DNA from: Cetorhinus maximus
Lineage: Eukaryota
DNA: 64,000 bases
Direction of reading: 5' to 3'
Assembly (NCBI RefSeq): GCF_964194155.1
Contig: NC_135893.1
Location: forward strand, 78,120,001-78,184,000
Part shown: piece by piece, positions 63,946-64,000 of the stretch
Numbering within the stretch: position 1 is the stretch's first letter
Layout: every line of letters begins with the position of its first letter
Made by a program: the position numbers and the translations under genes
Notes under the pieces: model-generated
Databases searched by the model: none
Told to the model about the DNA's origin: nothing
Seen by the model: only the letters and a program-made list of their open reading frames with translations

Positions 63946-64000
63946 GGGCAGAATTTTACATTCCCATGCTGGCAGCTTTGCAGGCGGGCGGAGCAGGTGA
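63946..64000 (+). mobile_element. Start of another Harbinger-type element (runs off the window)
   Basis: GGGCAGAATTTT TIR motif followed by GC-rich sequence. Confidence 0.6.

Noticed and set aside
45245-64000. METRN exons 1-2
   Set aside because: No minus-strand ORF with the expected EWLYP-type or FLQATP-type motifs was found; they are presumed to lie outside the window.
1-64000. CRISPR arrays, operons or prokaryotic defence systems
   Set aside because: Spliced vertebrate gene and eukaryotic repeats throughout; no regularly spaced direct repeats.

Overview
Vertebrate genomic DNA. The repeat families (CR1, L2, Deu-type SINE, Penelope, Harbinger) point to a cartilaginous fish, probably a shark. 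One host gene is present: the 3' half of a meteorin gene (METRN, minus strand). It has a 60-bp penultimate exon at 45185-45244, a last coding exon at 30040-30356 and a TE-free 3'UTR of up to about 2.1 kb; the upstream exons appear to lie beyond 64000. Most other recognisable sequence is transposon-derived and often nested. This includes a degraded two-gene Harbinger element holding three LINEs, a near-complete Neptune-type Penelope element with minimal hammerhead ribozymes in its pseudo-LTRs, hairpin-rich Harbinger MITEs, two hAT elements with perfect 8-bp TSDs and a probable solo LTR. The most unusual object is a single-ORF APE-RT LINE (6637-9491). It begins with a tRNA-Thr(AGT)-like Pol III head, has almost no sense-strand T4 terminators, and is accompanied in the same window by SINE-like internal-deletion derivatives. 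All calls come from reading the sequence and recalling family motifs; no searches were run. Boundaries of degraded repeats are approximate.
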